Source: a bacterium (GTDB lineage: Bacteria > Zhuqueibacterota > Zhuqueibacteria > Residuimicrobiales > Krinioviventaceae). From it: DNA of 64,000 nt. This document shows positions 29,486 to 37,832 of this stretch, piece after piece (positions within the stretch are counted from its first letter, which is position 1; every line of letters begins with the position of its first letter). Below the pieces are notes generated by a model that saw nothing but the letters and a program-made list of their open reading frames with translations, was not told the origin of the DNA and ran no database searches. Made by a program: the position numbers and the translations under genes. Location of the stretch: positions 288,001 through 352,000 of the forward strand of contig CAXXMD010000002.1 in the NCBI GenBank assembly GCA_963675755.2. The letters run 5' to 3'.

Positions 29486-30716
29486 CGATATTGGGGTTCA
29501 TTTAAAACCCATACTACCCAATTTACAATGGGCTGTTGAAACATCTGCATCAATTGGACAGATGTCTGGCAGTGGTATTGATAGAAGACTAAATACTGAA
29601 TCTTTATTTTGGGCATTGGATTATAATCTAAAAAAGTTTGAGATTTATCTTGAAGGTGGCGCAAAATACTGGCAAAAATCTGATGATGGCCCCGGTTTAG
29701 GTGCAATAGTAAGTGGCTGGGAAAGTTTACCCAAACCTGAACAACGTAATTTTGGTATGCGCGAAGCTTATACAAGATTGACATTATTTAATAACAGAAT
29801 GACCATGGGGTTGCAGTCAATGACCCTGGGTACAACCATGCTTCTTGATGAACGTGTATTGGGTATATCAAATAGCTATGAAAAAGGACATTACAAGTTT
29901 GAGCTCAAAGGTGGTACTGTATCTACTGACTTTGCACGTATGAATGATTTTTGTGGAACGCGTCATGTTTACAGGTTGTTACGTGGTGGCCGGTTTGATA
30001 TGGTAGCCACAGAACCCTGGAAGACCAATTTTTACGCTGCATCGATAACCTGGAATGCCGAAGAGCCTGTAGAAGTCGTTTCAGGAGATCAGAGTGAATT
30101 TGAAATGGAATCTTTTTCGGATTTTTCATTTGAATCGTTCGACGAAGAAGAGACCCATATCGTTCAAAATGCCGGATTGTTATTTTATCAAGAATTTGGT
30201 TCAGGTTTTTTTGATTACAAATATTATGGTGGTGCTTTTTCTGACATCCTTTTACCATTTGATGTTGATCTGCATTTAGAAATGATATATCAATATATCT
30301 GGCATGAACAAGCTGCTGCTTTTAAAGGACAATTTAGTAAAAATTTCAATATTTTTCCTGCATACCCATTTTCAACAAGTCTATCATATTACGGAGTTTA
30401 TGAGGTGAGTCAGGATGCACGGTTTTTTCCGGCATTCAGTAACCTTTATCTGGGTGAAGTCAGCCGGTTGGATGCATTGCACATGCCATTATTGGTTGTT
30501 GATGTTAAACAATACTTGCCTGGGAAGCTGGAACCTGCACTCCGTTTACAATATGTAAACCAGATTCAATTTGATCATAATACCGAGTTGGATTTTCAAT
30601 TATCAGCCAAATTGTTTAAAGGATTAAGAACAATCATCATGTTGAGTAAAATCGATTCTGATTTACTTTCAGAATCTGTAATGCTCAATAAACTTGAATG
30701 TCGTTGGTCATTCTAA
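29415..30716 (+). CDS. Predicted outer-membrane beta-barrel protein of unknown function
   Basis: Signal peptide; alternating aromatic/hydrophobic strands; MREAY..L, MGLQ..TLG..LLDER (alginate-export-like); C-terminal Phe (CRWSF). Confidence 0.65.
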   Translation: MKKILILLFLISSLKPSIARDCHSDIGVHLKPILPNLQWAVETSASIGQMSGSGIDRRLNTESLFWALDYNLKKFEIYLEGGAKYWQKSDDGPGLGAIVSGWESLPKPEQRNFGMREAYTRLTLFNNRMTMGLQSMTLGTTMLLDERVLGISNSYEKGHYKFELKGGTVSTDFARMNDFCGTRHVYRLLRGGRFDMVATEPWKTNFYAASITWNAEEPVEVVSGDQSEFEMESFSDFSFESFDEEETHIVQNAGLLFYQEFGSGFFDYKYYGGAFSDILLPFDVDLHLEMIYQYIWHEQAAAFKGQFSKNFNIFPAYPFSTSLSYYGVYEVSQDARFFPAFSNLYLGEVSRLDALHMPLLVVDVKQYLPGKLEPALRLQYVNQIQFDHNTELDFQLSAKLFKGLRTIIMLSKIDSDLLSESVMLNKLECRWSF

Positions 30717-30729
30717 TCAGGAGAACAGA

Positions 30730-31551
30730 ATGAATTCGGATCGAAGAATTTTTATAAAGAATTTAGGTGTACTTGCTGCAGGCTCAGCGGCAGGAATACT
30801 AACTGCTTGTACCAAACATGGCACGAATCCCTTAGAATTTGTCGATATATGTCAAAATACGTGTACCGGTTGTGGTGATTGTGTTGATTCCTGTCAGGAT
30901 AATGCAATTTTACTTGAGCAAAAATCAACATATGTCATAGATATAGATGATTGTACTGAATGTGGACAGTGTGTTCCTCACTGCAAGCTTGAAGCTATCC
31001 ATATCTCTTCAAGTCAATATATCCTGGATTCTGAAGAATGTATTGGATGTGGTTTGTGTATTGATGTGTGTGATCAGGAAGCACAGGCTATTGTTTGGGA
31101 GAGAGAAGAGTACCTGGTACGTGGTAAATGCAGAAACACTCATTGTAATTTTGAATGTGCTGCTGCTTGTCCTGAAAATGCAATAACCATTGTTAATAAT
31201 ACTGCCGTAATTGATATGGAAAAATGTACGCGTTGTGGTTTGTGTATCGCTCCATGTCCAGCAGAAGCAATTAATCCTGCGCATGTTGAAATGGTGGTTG
31301 ATCAATGTACCCGCTGTGGTAAATGTTTTGATGTCTGTGAATTTGATGCAATTACCAAAGTTGAACCTGAAGGCTATTCAGATCCCCATATTGATGCTGA
31401 GGTTTGTAATGCCTGCTCAGAATGTAAGGACTATTGTCCCGAAAATGCTATCTATGGTAAATTGTTTAAAGCACAAATTGATAACGAAAATTGTACTGCT
31501 TGTGGTGAATGTTTTGAAAAATGTACGTATGATGCAATACGGCATGTTTAA
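30730..31551 (+). CDS. Tat-exported lipoprotein polyferredoxin (up to 8 [4Fe-4S])
   Basis: DRRIFIK Tat motif, LTAC lipobox, seven CxxCxxCxxxC motifs plus one CxxxxCxxxCxxxCP variant. Confidence 0.85.
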   Translation: MNSDRRIFIKNLGVLAAGSAAGILTACTKHGTNPLEFVDICQNTCTGCGDCVDSCQDNAILLEQKSTYVIDIDDCTECGQCVPHCKLEAIHISSSQYILDSEECIGCGLCIDVCDQEAQAIVWEREEYLVRGKCRNTHCNFECAAACPENAITIVNNTAVIDMEKCTRCGLCIAPCPAEAINPAHVEMVVDQCTRCGKCFDVCEFDAITKVEPEGYSDPHIDAEVCNACSECKDYCPENAIYGKLFKAQIDNENCTACGECFEKCTYDAIRHV

Positions 31552-31552
31552 A

Positions 31553-32491
31553 CTAAACATCTCTGACGCAGCGGAATCCCATATTGCCTGATGAACTGTC
31601 AGGAGTATTTGAACTTCGTGCTGCAACACGATAGCGATTGCAATATGATTTATGACACAGATATGATCCACCGCGCATAACCCTGTTGGTACCCTCTGTT
31701 GGGCCAACAGGATTTACTCTGGTATTATTTATATGAAAAGTAGGGTGGAACCAATCCGCGCACCATTCCCATACATTCCCGCAAACATTATATAATCCAA
31801 AATCATTCAGAGTAAATGATTTTGCCGGAGCTGTACCTATAAATCCATCATCGGCTGTGTTTTGTGTGGGAAATATACCCTGCCATACATTACACATGTG
31901 TCTGCCATTGGGCTCAAGTTCATTGCCCCAGGGAAAAATGGTTTGTTCTCTGCCTCCACGTGCGGCATATTCCCATTCGGCTTCAGTTGGTAAACGTTTA
32001 CCAGCCCACTTGCAATAGGCATTTGCATCATTCCATGATACATGTACTACCGGATGGTCCATTCTGTTACTTATGGTAGAAAGCGGACCTTCAGGCCTTC
32101 TCCAGTTGGCTCCTTTAACTGCAAACCACCAGGGAGTTTGTGCTGCCTGTTGACTGTTTTTTGCAATTACGGGAGGAAGAAACAAGTGAAAAACATATGT
32201 CCAACCAAATGATTCTGCTTCGGTTTTGTAACTTGTTTCTTTAACAAATTCAGCAAATTGTTGATTGGTTACGGTTGTTTTATCGATCAAAAAGGGAGAT
32301 ACCGTAACTTGTCGTACCGGCCCTTCACCATCTGCGGGAAATCCTTCCTTGTCATCAGTTCCCATGAGAAACGTACCACCTGGCAGCTCTATCATATCAT
32401 CATATTTAGGAATATGTGTTGAAACATCAATGTTTATTATTTTCCTGGTTGATTCACTATTCCTGGACGGGCCGCAACATTGCTTGCTCAT
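31553..32491 (-). CDS. Formylglycine-generating enzyme (sulfatase-modifying factor)
   Basis: HPVVHVSWNDA, RLPTEAEWEYAARG, GNVWEW, and RGGSYLCHKSYCNRYRVAAR with both catalytic Cys. Confidence 0.92.
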   Translation of the reverse strand: MSKQCCGPSRNSESTRKIINIDVSTHIPKYDDMIELPGGTFLMGTDDKEGFPADGEGPVRQVTVSPFLIDKTTVTNQQFAEFVKETSYKTEAESFGWTYVFHLFLPPVIAKNSQQAAQTPWWFAVKGANWRRPEGPLSTISNRMDHPVVHVSWNDANAYCKWAGKRLPTEAEWEYAARGGREQTIFPWGNELEPNGRHMCNVWQGIFPTQNTADDGFIGTAPAKSFTLNDFGLYNVCGNVWEWCADWFHPTFHINNTRVNPVGPTEGTNRVMRGGSYLCHKSYCNRYRVAARSSNTPDSSSGNMGFRCVRDV

Positions 32492-32721
32492 TGTAACCTC
32501 TTTATTTTATTAACTTATATGGTGACAGGAGATTTTTAACGTTTAGCTGTATTCATATATTCCTGCCTTTATTGTTAATAATTTCATTGTATCTAATAGT
32601 GGCATACAATGTTTTACAATTGTTATCCGCAATTGGATGTTAATCACAGAACTTGAAAGTGATTGATACGTTATGGTTAAGAGCAGAACGGAACACGTGT
32701 AAACAACAGAGAGGAAAGCTC

Positions 32722-35163
32722 ATGAATAAACGGTTAATATACTTTATATTATTGTTATCCATATCAACAGTTTTTGCTCAGCCCGGCCAAAGGTCAGGAG
32801 CTGCACGGGGTACAATAATCAAGGGGCTGGTTCAAGACAACCAGTTAAAGACACCTATTGAATATGCCAATGTTATTCTTTATAAACAAAAAGGTACCGA
32901 TCAGGTTACAGGTACGGTTTCAAATAAAGAAGGTCTTTTCACATTGACAGGTATACAGCCCGGGCTTTACAAAATTAAAGTAAAGTTTATGGGATATTAT
33001 GAGAATACAGTGGATAGTGTGCGTATTAGTGCAAATCAACCTGCAATTGATGTTGGTAAGGTGGGTTTGAATCAGACTGTATTGATGCTTGAAGGCGTGC
33101 AGGTAGAAGCGGAAAAAGCGCCGGTAGAATATAAAATTGATAGAAAAGTAATAAACGTTGATCATCAAATTACTGCAAGTGCAGGATCTGCTGTTGATGT
33201 TCTTGAAAATGTACCTTCTATTACAGTTGATATTGAGGGTAATGTACAATTAAGAGGTAGCGGCAGTTTTACAGTGTTAATTGATAACCGTCCGACTGTT
33301 ATGGAAGCTAGCGATTTGTTGCAGCAGATACCTGCCAGTACGATTGAAAATATTGAAATCATAACCAATCCCTCTGCCAAATATGAGCCTGATGGTATGA
33401 CCGGTATCGTGAACATTATTACTAAAAAGAATTCTTTACGTGGATTTAATGGTATTGTTAATTTGAATTCCGGTGTTGATGACAAGTACGGCGGTGATTT
33501 TTTGTTTAATTATCGTATGAACAATATTAATACCTATTTTGGTATGAACTATAACCATAGATTTTTACCAGGAGATCGTATTGGCGAAAATTGGACTGCT
33601 CAAAATGATACCATACACTATTTAAATACTGACGGTAGTAATTCAATGGATTTTACTTCTTATGGTGTTCAGGCAGGTGTTGACATTGCTCTGTCAAAAC
33701 AGGATAATTTTAAAGTTGGTTTGAATTATCGTGGAAGAGGAATGGACCATGAGAATAAATCAAATTATGAGGAATGGATCAGTACGCTGACAGACCGTGA
33801 TTATTATTCCAGCACAGGTAGTTCCGAAAGAAGTGGTCCTTCTTATGATATGAATTTGGATTATTTGCACCGATTTGAAACCAAAGGGCACGAGTTATCT
33901 GCTTTGTTAAATCTTTCTTCCAGAAGTGGTGATGAGGAATCGCTTAATGAAAATTATGATACCAACGGGGCTATCACAAATGGACAACGTTCTGTTGAAA
34001 AAGGTCCCTCTATGCGTGCTGATTTTAAATTGGATTATACCCGCCCATTTGGTGAAAAGAATAAACTTGAAGCCGGTTATCAGGGGCGCTTTAGCCGTTC
34101 TGAAGATGAAAATGAGCTCTATGAATATGATTTAGGTATTAGTGATTATGTGTTTTTACCCCAGTATAGCTATTTAACAAATTATAATAGAGATATTCAT
34201 GCTGTTTACTCTATGTACGCAGGTGAAAGCGGTCCTATTGGTTATCAGGCAGGACTTCGCGGTGAGTATACGAATAGAAATATTTCTTTGGATGAAGAAA
34301 ATCAGGAATTTGCTATTGACAGATGGGATCTTTTCCCAACAGCTCACTTGTCTTATACAGGTCCTTCAGGTCATCAAATGATGGCCAGTTATACCCGACG
34401 CATTGACAGACCTCGTGGTTATTATTTTGAACCCTTTCTGACATGGATGGATGCTTATAATGTGCGTACGGGTAATCCTGCAATTAAACCTGAATATATT
34501 GATTCATATGAAATGGGTTATCAAAAACAAGTTGGTCAAAATCTGTTTTCCGTAGAAACTTATTACCGTATTACTCATGATCGTGTTGAACGTGTACAAT
34601 CTGTTTATGATGAAAATGTCTTGTTACATTCAGTTGCTAATGTTGGTCAAGATTATGCGTTGGGTGCCGAGTTTATGATCAACTGGGACCTGTTGTCTAA
34701 CTGGAATGTGAACTTGATGGGTAATATGTATGATTATCGTATTGAAGGTGAATTGTTGGGTGAAGATTTTTCACGCAGTAGTTTTAACTGGAATACGCGA
34801 ATGAATAATACATTTAAATTAACTAAAAATTCCAGAGTTCAGTTTAATCTAAGATACAACAGTCCTTCTGTATCTGCACAGGGAAGACGTGAAGGCTTTT
34901 TCTCTTCGAGTATTGCCTACAGACACGATTTCCTGGATAAACGTATTTCAATGACTTTGCAGGCACGAGATGTTTTTGGAACAGAAGTTCATGAGAGAAT
35001 TTCAGAAGGTGATGGATTTTATTCCTATTCAAGATTTGACAGAAATACACCTATAATCACTATGACGATGAGTTATAAAATAAACAATTTCAAAGCTAAC
35101 CGTGGAAGAGATAGTGACGGTGGTAGCGGTGGTGATGATTTTGGTGGTGAAACTGGATTTTAA
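32722..35163 (+). CDS. TonB-dependent receptor with N-terminal carboxypeptidase-regulatory-like domain
   Basis: Signal peptide; PIEYANV, plug NVPSITVD..IEIITNPSAKY, barrel GLRGEY, RRIDRP, GNP..KPE. Confidence 0.92.
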   Translation: MNKRLIYFILLLSISTVFAQPGQRSGAARGTIIKGLVQDNQLKTPIEYANVILYKQKGTDQVTGTVSNKEGLFTLTGIQPGLYKIKVKFMGYYENTVDSVRISANQPAIDVGKVGLNQTVLMLEGVQVEAEKAPVEYKIDRKVINVDHQITASAGSAVDVLENVPSITVDIEGNVQLRGSGSFTVLIDNRPTVMEASDLLQQIPASTIENIEIITNPSAKYEPDGMTGIVNIITKKNSLRGFNGIVNLNSGVDDKYGGDFLFNYRMNNINTYFGMNYNHRFLPGDRIGENWTAQNDTIHYLNTDGSNSMDFTSYGVQAGVDIALSKQDNFKVGLNYRGRGMDHENKSNYEEWISTLTDRDYYSSTGSSERSGPSYDMNLDYLHRFETKGHELSALLNLSSRSGDEESLNENYDTNGAITNGQRSVEKGPSMRADFKLDYTRPFGEKNKLEAGYQGRFSRSEDENELYEYDLGISDYVFLPQYSYLTNYNRDIHAVYSMYAGESGPIGYQAGLRGEYTNRNISLDEENQEFAIDRWDLFPTAHLSYTGPSGHQMMASYTRRIDRPRGYYFEPFLTWMDAYNVRTGNPAIKPEYIDSYEMGYQKQVGQNLFSVETYYRITHDRVERVQSVYDENVLLHSVANVGQDYALGAEFMINWDLLSNWNVNLMGNMYDYRIEGELLGEDFSRSSFNWNTRMNNTFKLTKNSRVQFNLRYNSPSVSAQGRREGFFSSSIAYRHDFLDKRISMTLQARDVFGTEVHERISEGDGFYSYSRFDRNTPIITMTMSYKINNFKANRGRDSDGGSGGDDFGGETGF

Positions 35164-35180
35164 TAAATATAATTATTTAC

Positions 35181-35209
35181 AAGCCCGGTCAATTGACCGG
35201 GCTTTTTTT
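35181..35209 (+). terminator. Terminator after the TonB receptor
   Basis: AAGCCCGGTC-aatt-GACCGGGCTTTTTTT. Confidence 0.85.
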
Positions 35210-35324
35210 ATGCTGTAAAACCCTGCATTTTAATATTTCGTGACATATTCCCGTTGTAAATATTGTTTATTATCAGTAAATGAAACAAATTGTTTCTTTA
35301 TTGTGCACATATTTGGAGATGTTT

Positions 35325-36644
35325 ATGGATTTACCCAATTGTATTTCCAGTGAGATATTGGATTCTATTGGTGAAGGTATATATACAATTGATAAAAAGT
35401 TCAAAATCAGCTTTATGAACAAAGCAGCTGAAGAGATTCTTGGTGTTAAACGGGAAAAAGTCATTGGTAAATTTTGCAAACATGTTTTCAGTTCAGAAGA
35501 GTGTTTAGACAAATGTCCCATTAGCAAGGTGCTCGATTCAGGTAAGAATGTATATGATCATATAACTAAATTTTATCATCAGAATGGCATTTCAAAAAAT
35601 GTCAGGGTAAATGCTTCATTGCTCCATAATTCTGATAATGAAATAATTGGCGGGGTCGTTTCTTTTCGTGATCTTTCAAATGATGAAAGTTCAGTTTTGA
35701 AATCCAAAACCATGCAGGATTTTTACGGAATTGTGGGTCAATCAAAACCCATGCTGGAATTGTATGACCTGGTTACCGAGATTGGCGGTACTTGTGCTTC
35801 CGTATTAATACAAGGAGAGTCCGGCACAGGTAAAGAAATGTTTGCTAATGCAATACAGGCTTCCAGTCAGCGTAACAAAATGCCTTTTATCAAGGTGAAT
35901 TGTTCGGTTTTTCCTCCTCAATTGCTTGCCAGTGAATTATTTGGCCATGTTAAGGGTGCGTTTACAGATGCAATTCAGAATCGTAAAGGCCGTTTCGAGA
36001 TAGCAGACAAGGGCACATTGTTTTTAGATGAAGTCGCTGAAATGCCGTTGTCAATGCAATTGCAGCTATTACGTGTTCTACATGAAGGGACTTTTGAAAG
36101 AGTTGGTGAATCTTTGACACGCTCAGTGGATGTACGAGTTATTGCCGCTACAAATAAAGAGTTGGACACTGCGATTAATGACGGATCCTTTAGAGAAGAT
36201 TTGTTTTACCGTTTAAATGTGATTCCAATGCACATTCCTGCACTTCGCGAAAGAAGGGCAGATATACCGCATCTGGTCAATTATTTTGTTGAAAAGTTTT
36301 CATCAAACTATCACAAAGAAATTCAAGAAGTAGATGATGAAGCTATGGATTATTTAACTGCCTATAACTGGCCGGGAAATGTTCGCGAACTGGAAAATGC
36401 TATTGAATATTCATTTATACGAACACATAATGATGATGTAATAACAGCTAAAAAGCTACCTGCGAATATCAGACAAAAAAATGGCAAGTTTTTTACAACA
36501 GGGGATAACAAGTTTTCTGAACGTGACGAGATCTTGGAAACATTAAAAAAACATCATTGGAATAAAAGTAAAGCCGCAGATGAATTACGTATGGGACGCA
36601 CAACGTTGTGGCGCAAAATGAAATCCATGGGAATTGAAACATAA
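35325..36644 (+). CDS. PAS-domain sigma54 enhancer-binding transcriptional activator
   Basis: PAS domain with C-x8-C-x3-CP; GESGTGKE, SELFGHVKGAFTDA (GAFTGA variant), LFLDE, WPGNVREL; Fis-type HTH. Confidence 0.95.
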   Translation: MDLPNCISSEILDSIGEGIYTIDKKFKISFMNKAAEEILGVKREKVIGKFCKHVFSSEECLDKCPISKVLDSGKNVYDHITKFYHQNGISKNVRVNASLLHNSDNEIIGGVVSFRDLSNDESSVLKSKTMQDFYGIVGQSKPMLELYDLVTEIGGTCASVLIQGESGTGKEMFANAIQASSQRNKMPFIKVNCSVFPPQLLASELFGHVKGAFTDAIQNRKGRFEIADKGTLFLDEVAEMPLSMQLQLLRVLHEGTFERVGESLTRSVDVRVIAATNKELDTAINDGSFREDLFYRLNVIPMHIPALRERRADIPHLVNYFVEKFSSNYHKEIQEVDDEAMDYLTAYNWPGNVRELENAIEYSFIRTHNDDVITAKKLPANIRQKNGKFFTTGDNKFSERDEILETLKKHHWNKSKAADELRMGRTTLWRKMKSMGIET

Positions 36645-36730
36645 GATGAAACATTGAAACAATTTGTTCTGCTATGTAAATAAACTATTAATAATATTTT
36701 AAGTTTGTTTTTTCTGTTTTTATTTTTATA

Positions 36731-36749
36731 TTGAAACACACTGTTTCAA
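36731..36749. promoter_or_regulatory. Putative upstream activator site
   Basis: Perfect inverted repeat TTGAAACA-cac-TGTTTCAA; further TGAAACA half-sites at about 36647-36661. Confidence 0.55.
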
Positions 36750-36790
36750 GTGTCATTGCTGTAACCTCTTGTTTTTTATAGCCTTGTTTT

Positions 36791-36805
36791 TGGCAGGATC
36801 TTTGC
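36791..36805 (+). promoter_or_regulatory. Sigma54 promoter for the TPR gene
   Basis: TGGCAGGATCTTTGC (GG-N10-GC), 30 nt upstream of the ATG at 36835 and directly downstream of a bEBP gene. Confidence 0.75.
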
Positions 36806-36834
36806 CTGATTTACCCCAAAAAGATGGAATAATC

Positions 36835-37287
36835 ATGTACGAAATGCTTGGTAATCAGTATTTTATGTCCCGTCAGTATAGCCGTGCTACCATGGCTTTA
36901 GAGCGGGCATTGCAGACTGATCCTAAAAATTTAGGGATTCAGCGCAAGCTGATTATTTGTTATTGTCAAATTGGTAAAGTTGAAGACGCTTTGCACATGT
37001 TTTTGTCGCTAATAAAAGCTGATATTGACTTTATTATGTCTGCTGATCCGATATTGGATGATTGCCCTTGTCCTGATTTGATTTACAATATGGAGGCACA
37101 AATATCAGATGAGCGCCAGTCTTTGGATTTTAATTTGATTATTGGCATGTTGTGGTTGTTTTGTGATCTTGAACGGTCTTTCGAGTATTTTCACAAGGCA
37201 CAAGTTATGGATCCCAATAATACCAATATTAAATCGATCATGCTTTTTCTCTCAAATCGTCTGGAAAAAGAGAAAACCCGTCATTAA
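36835..37287 (+). CDS. Tetratricopeptide-repeat protein with DDCPCP motif
   Basis: LGNQYF..QY..A..LERAL..DP TPR pattern and a second TPR at the C-terminus. Confidence 0.75.
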   Translation: MYEMLGNQYFMSRQYSRATMALERALQTDPKNLGIQRKLIICYCQIGKVEDALHMFLSLIKADIDFIMSADPILDDCPCPDLIYNMEAQISDERQSLDFNLIIGMLWLFCDLERSFEYFHKAQVMDPNNTNIKSIMLFLSNRLEKEKTRH

Positions 37288-37402
37288 TCTCTATTTATTT
37301 GCAATTTTCCCTCATTACTTGATAACTGCTTGTTTGTAGTAAAATACAAATGTAACCCCTTTTTTTATTGGCCTTGTCATTATTTATATGTATTTTATTT
37401 AC

Positions 37403-37765
37403 ATGAAAAAAATGATGACATACATCTTGATATCTATTTATTTTAGTTTTTTCCCAATTTACCCCTATATTCATTTTCATTTAAATTGCGATGTTGATAA
37501 AGTATGTCATCAAGTTGATTTCAGCGAATGTGAACATTTTCATCATTCTGAACATCAACCGCACAAACATTTCAAGGGTGACTGGCAGCATACCATAACC
37601 AAAGATGATCCTGGTAAAATCCAGTCGATAAATCATGTCCATGAATACAGTTTTTACTATTCTGTAATTTCCGGATCAAGATTACCCGAGTTTTCAAATC
37701 ATTTCAAAGATTCCATTCTTTACAGTCCCGATATTTCGCGGGCACCCCCAGTATTACTCGTATAA
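37403..37765 (+). CDS. His-rich exported leader protein ending in RAPP (DUF2946/CzcI-like, putative arrest peptide)
   Basis: Hydrophobic N-terminus, 13 His and 3 Cys, C-terminal SRAPPVLLV; lies directly upstream of the efflux operon. Confidence 0.7.
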   Translation: MKKMMTYILISIYFSFFPIYPYIHFHLNCDVDKVCHQVDFSECEHFHHSEHQPHKHFKGDWQHTITKDDPGKIQSINHVHEYSFYYSVISGSRLPEFSNHFKDSILYSPDISRAPPVLLV

Positions 37766-37832
37766 TTTACACCAGAAATTTTCAAAATTATTTAAATGAA
37801 TTTCAATCTCTTTCATTAATGGAGAATTGTAT

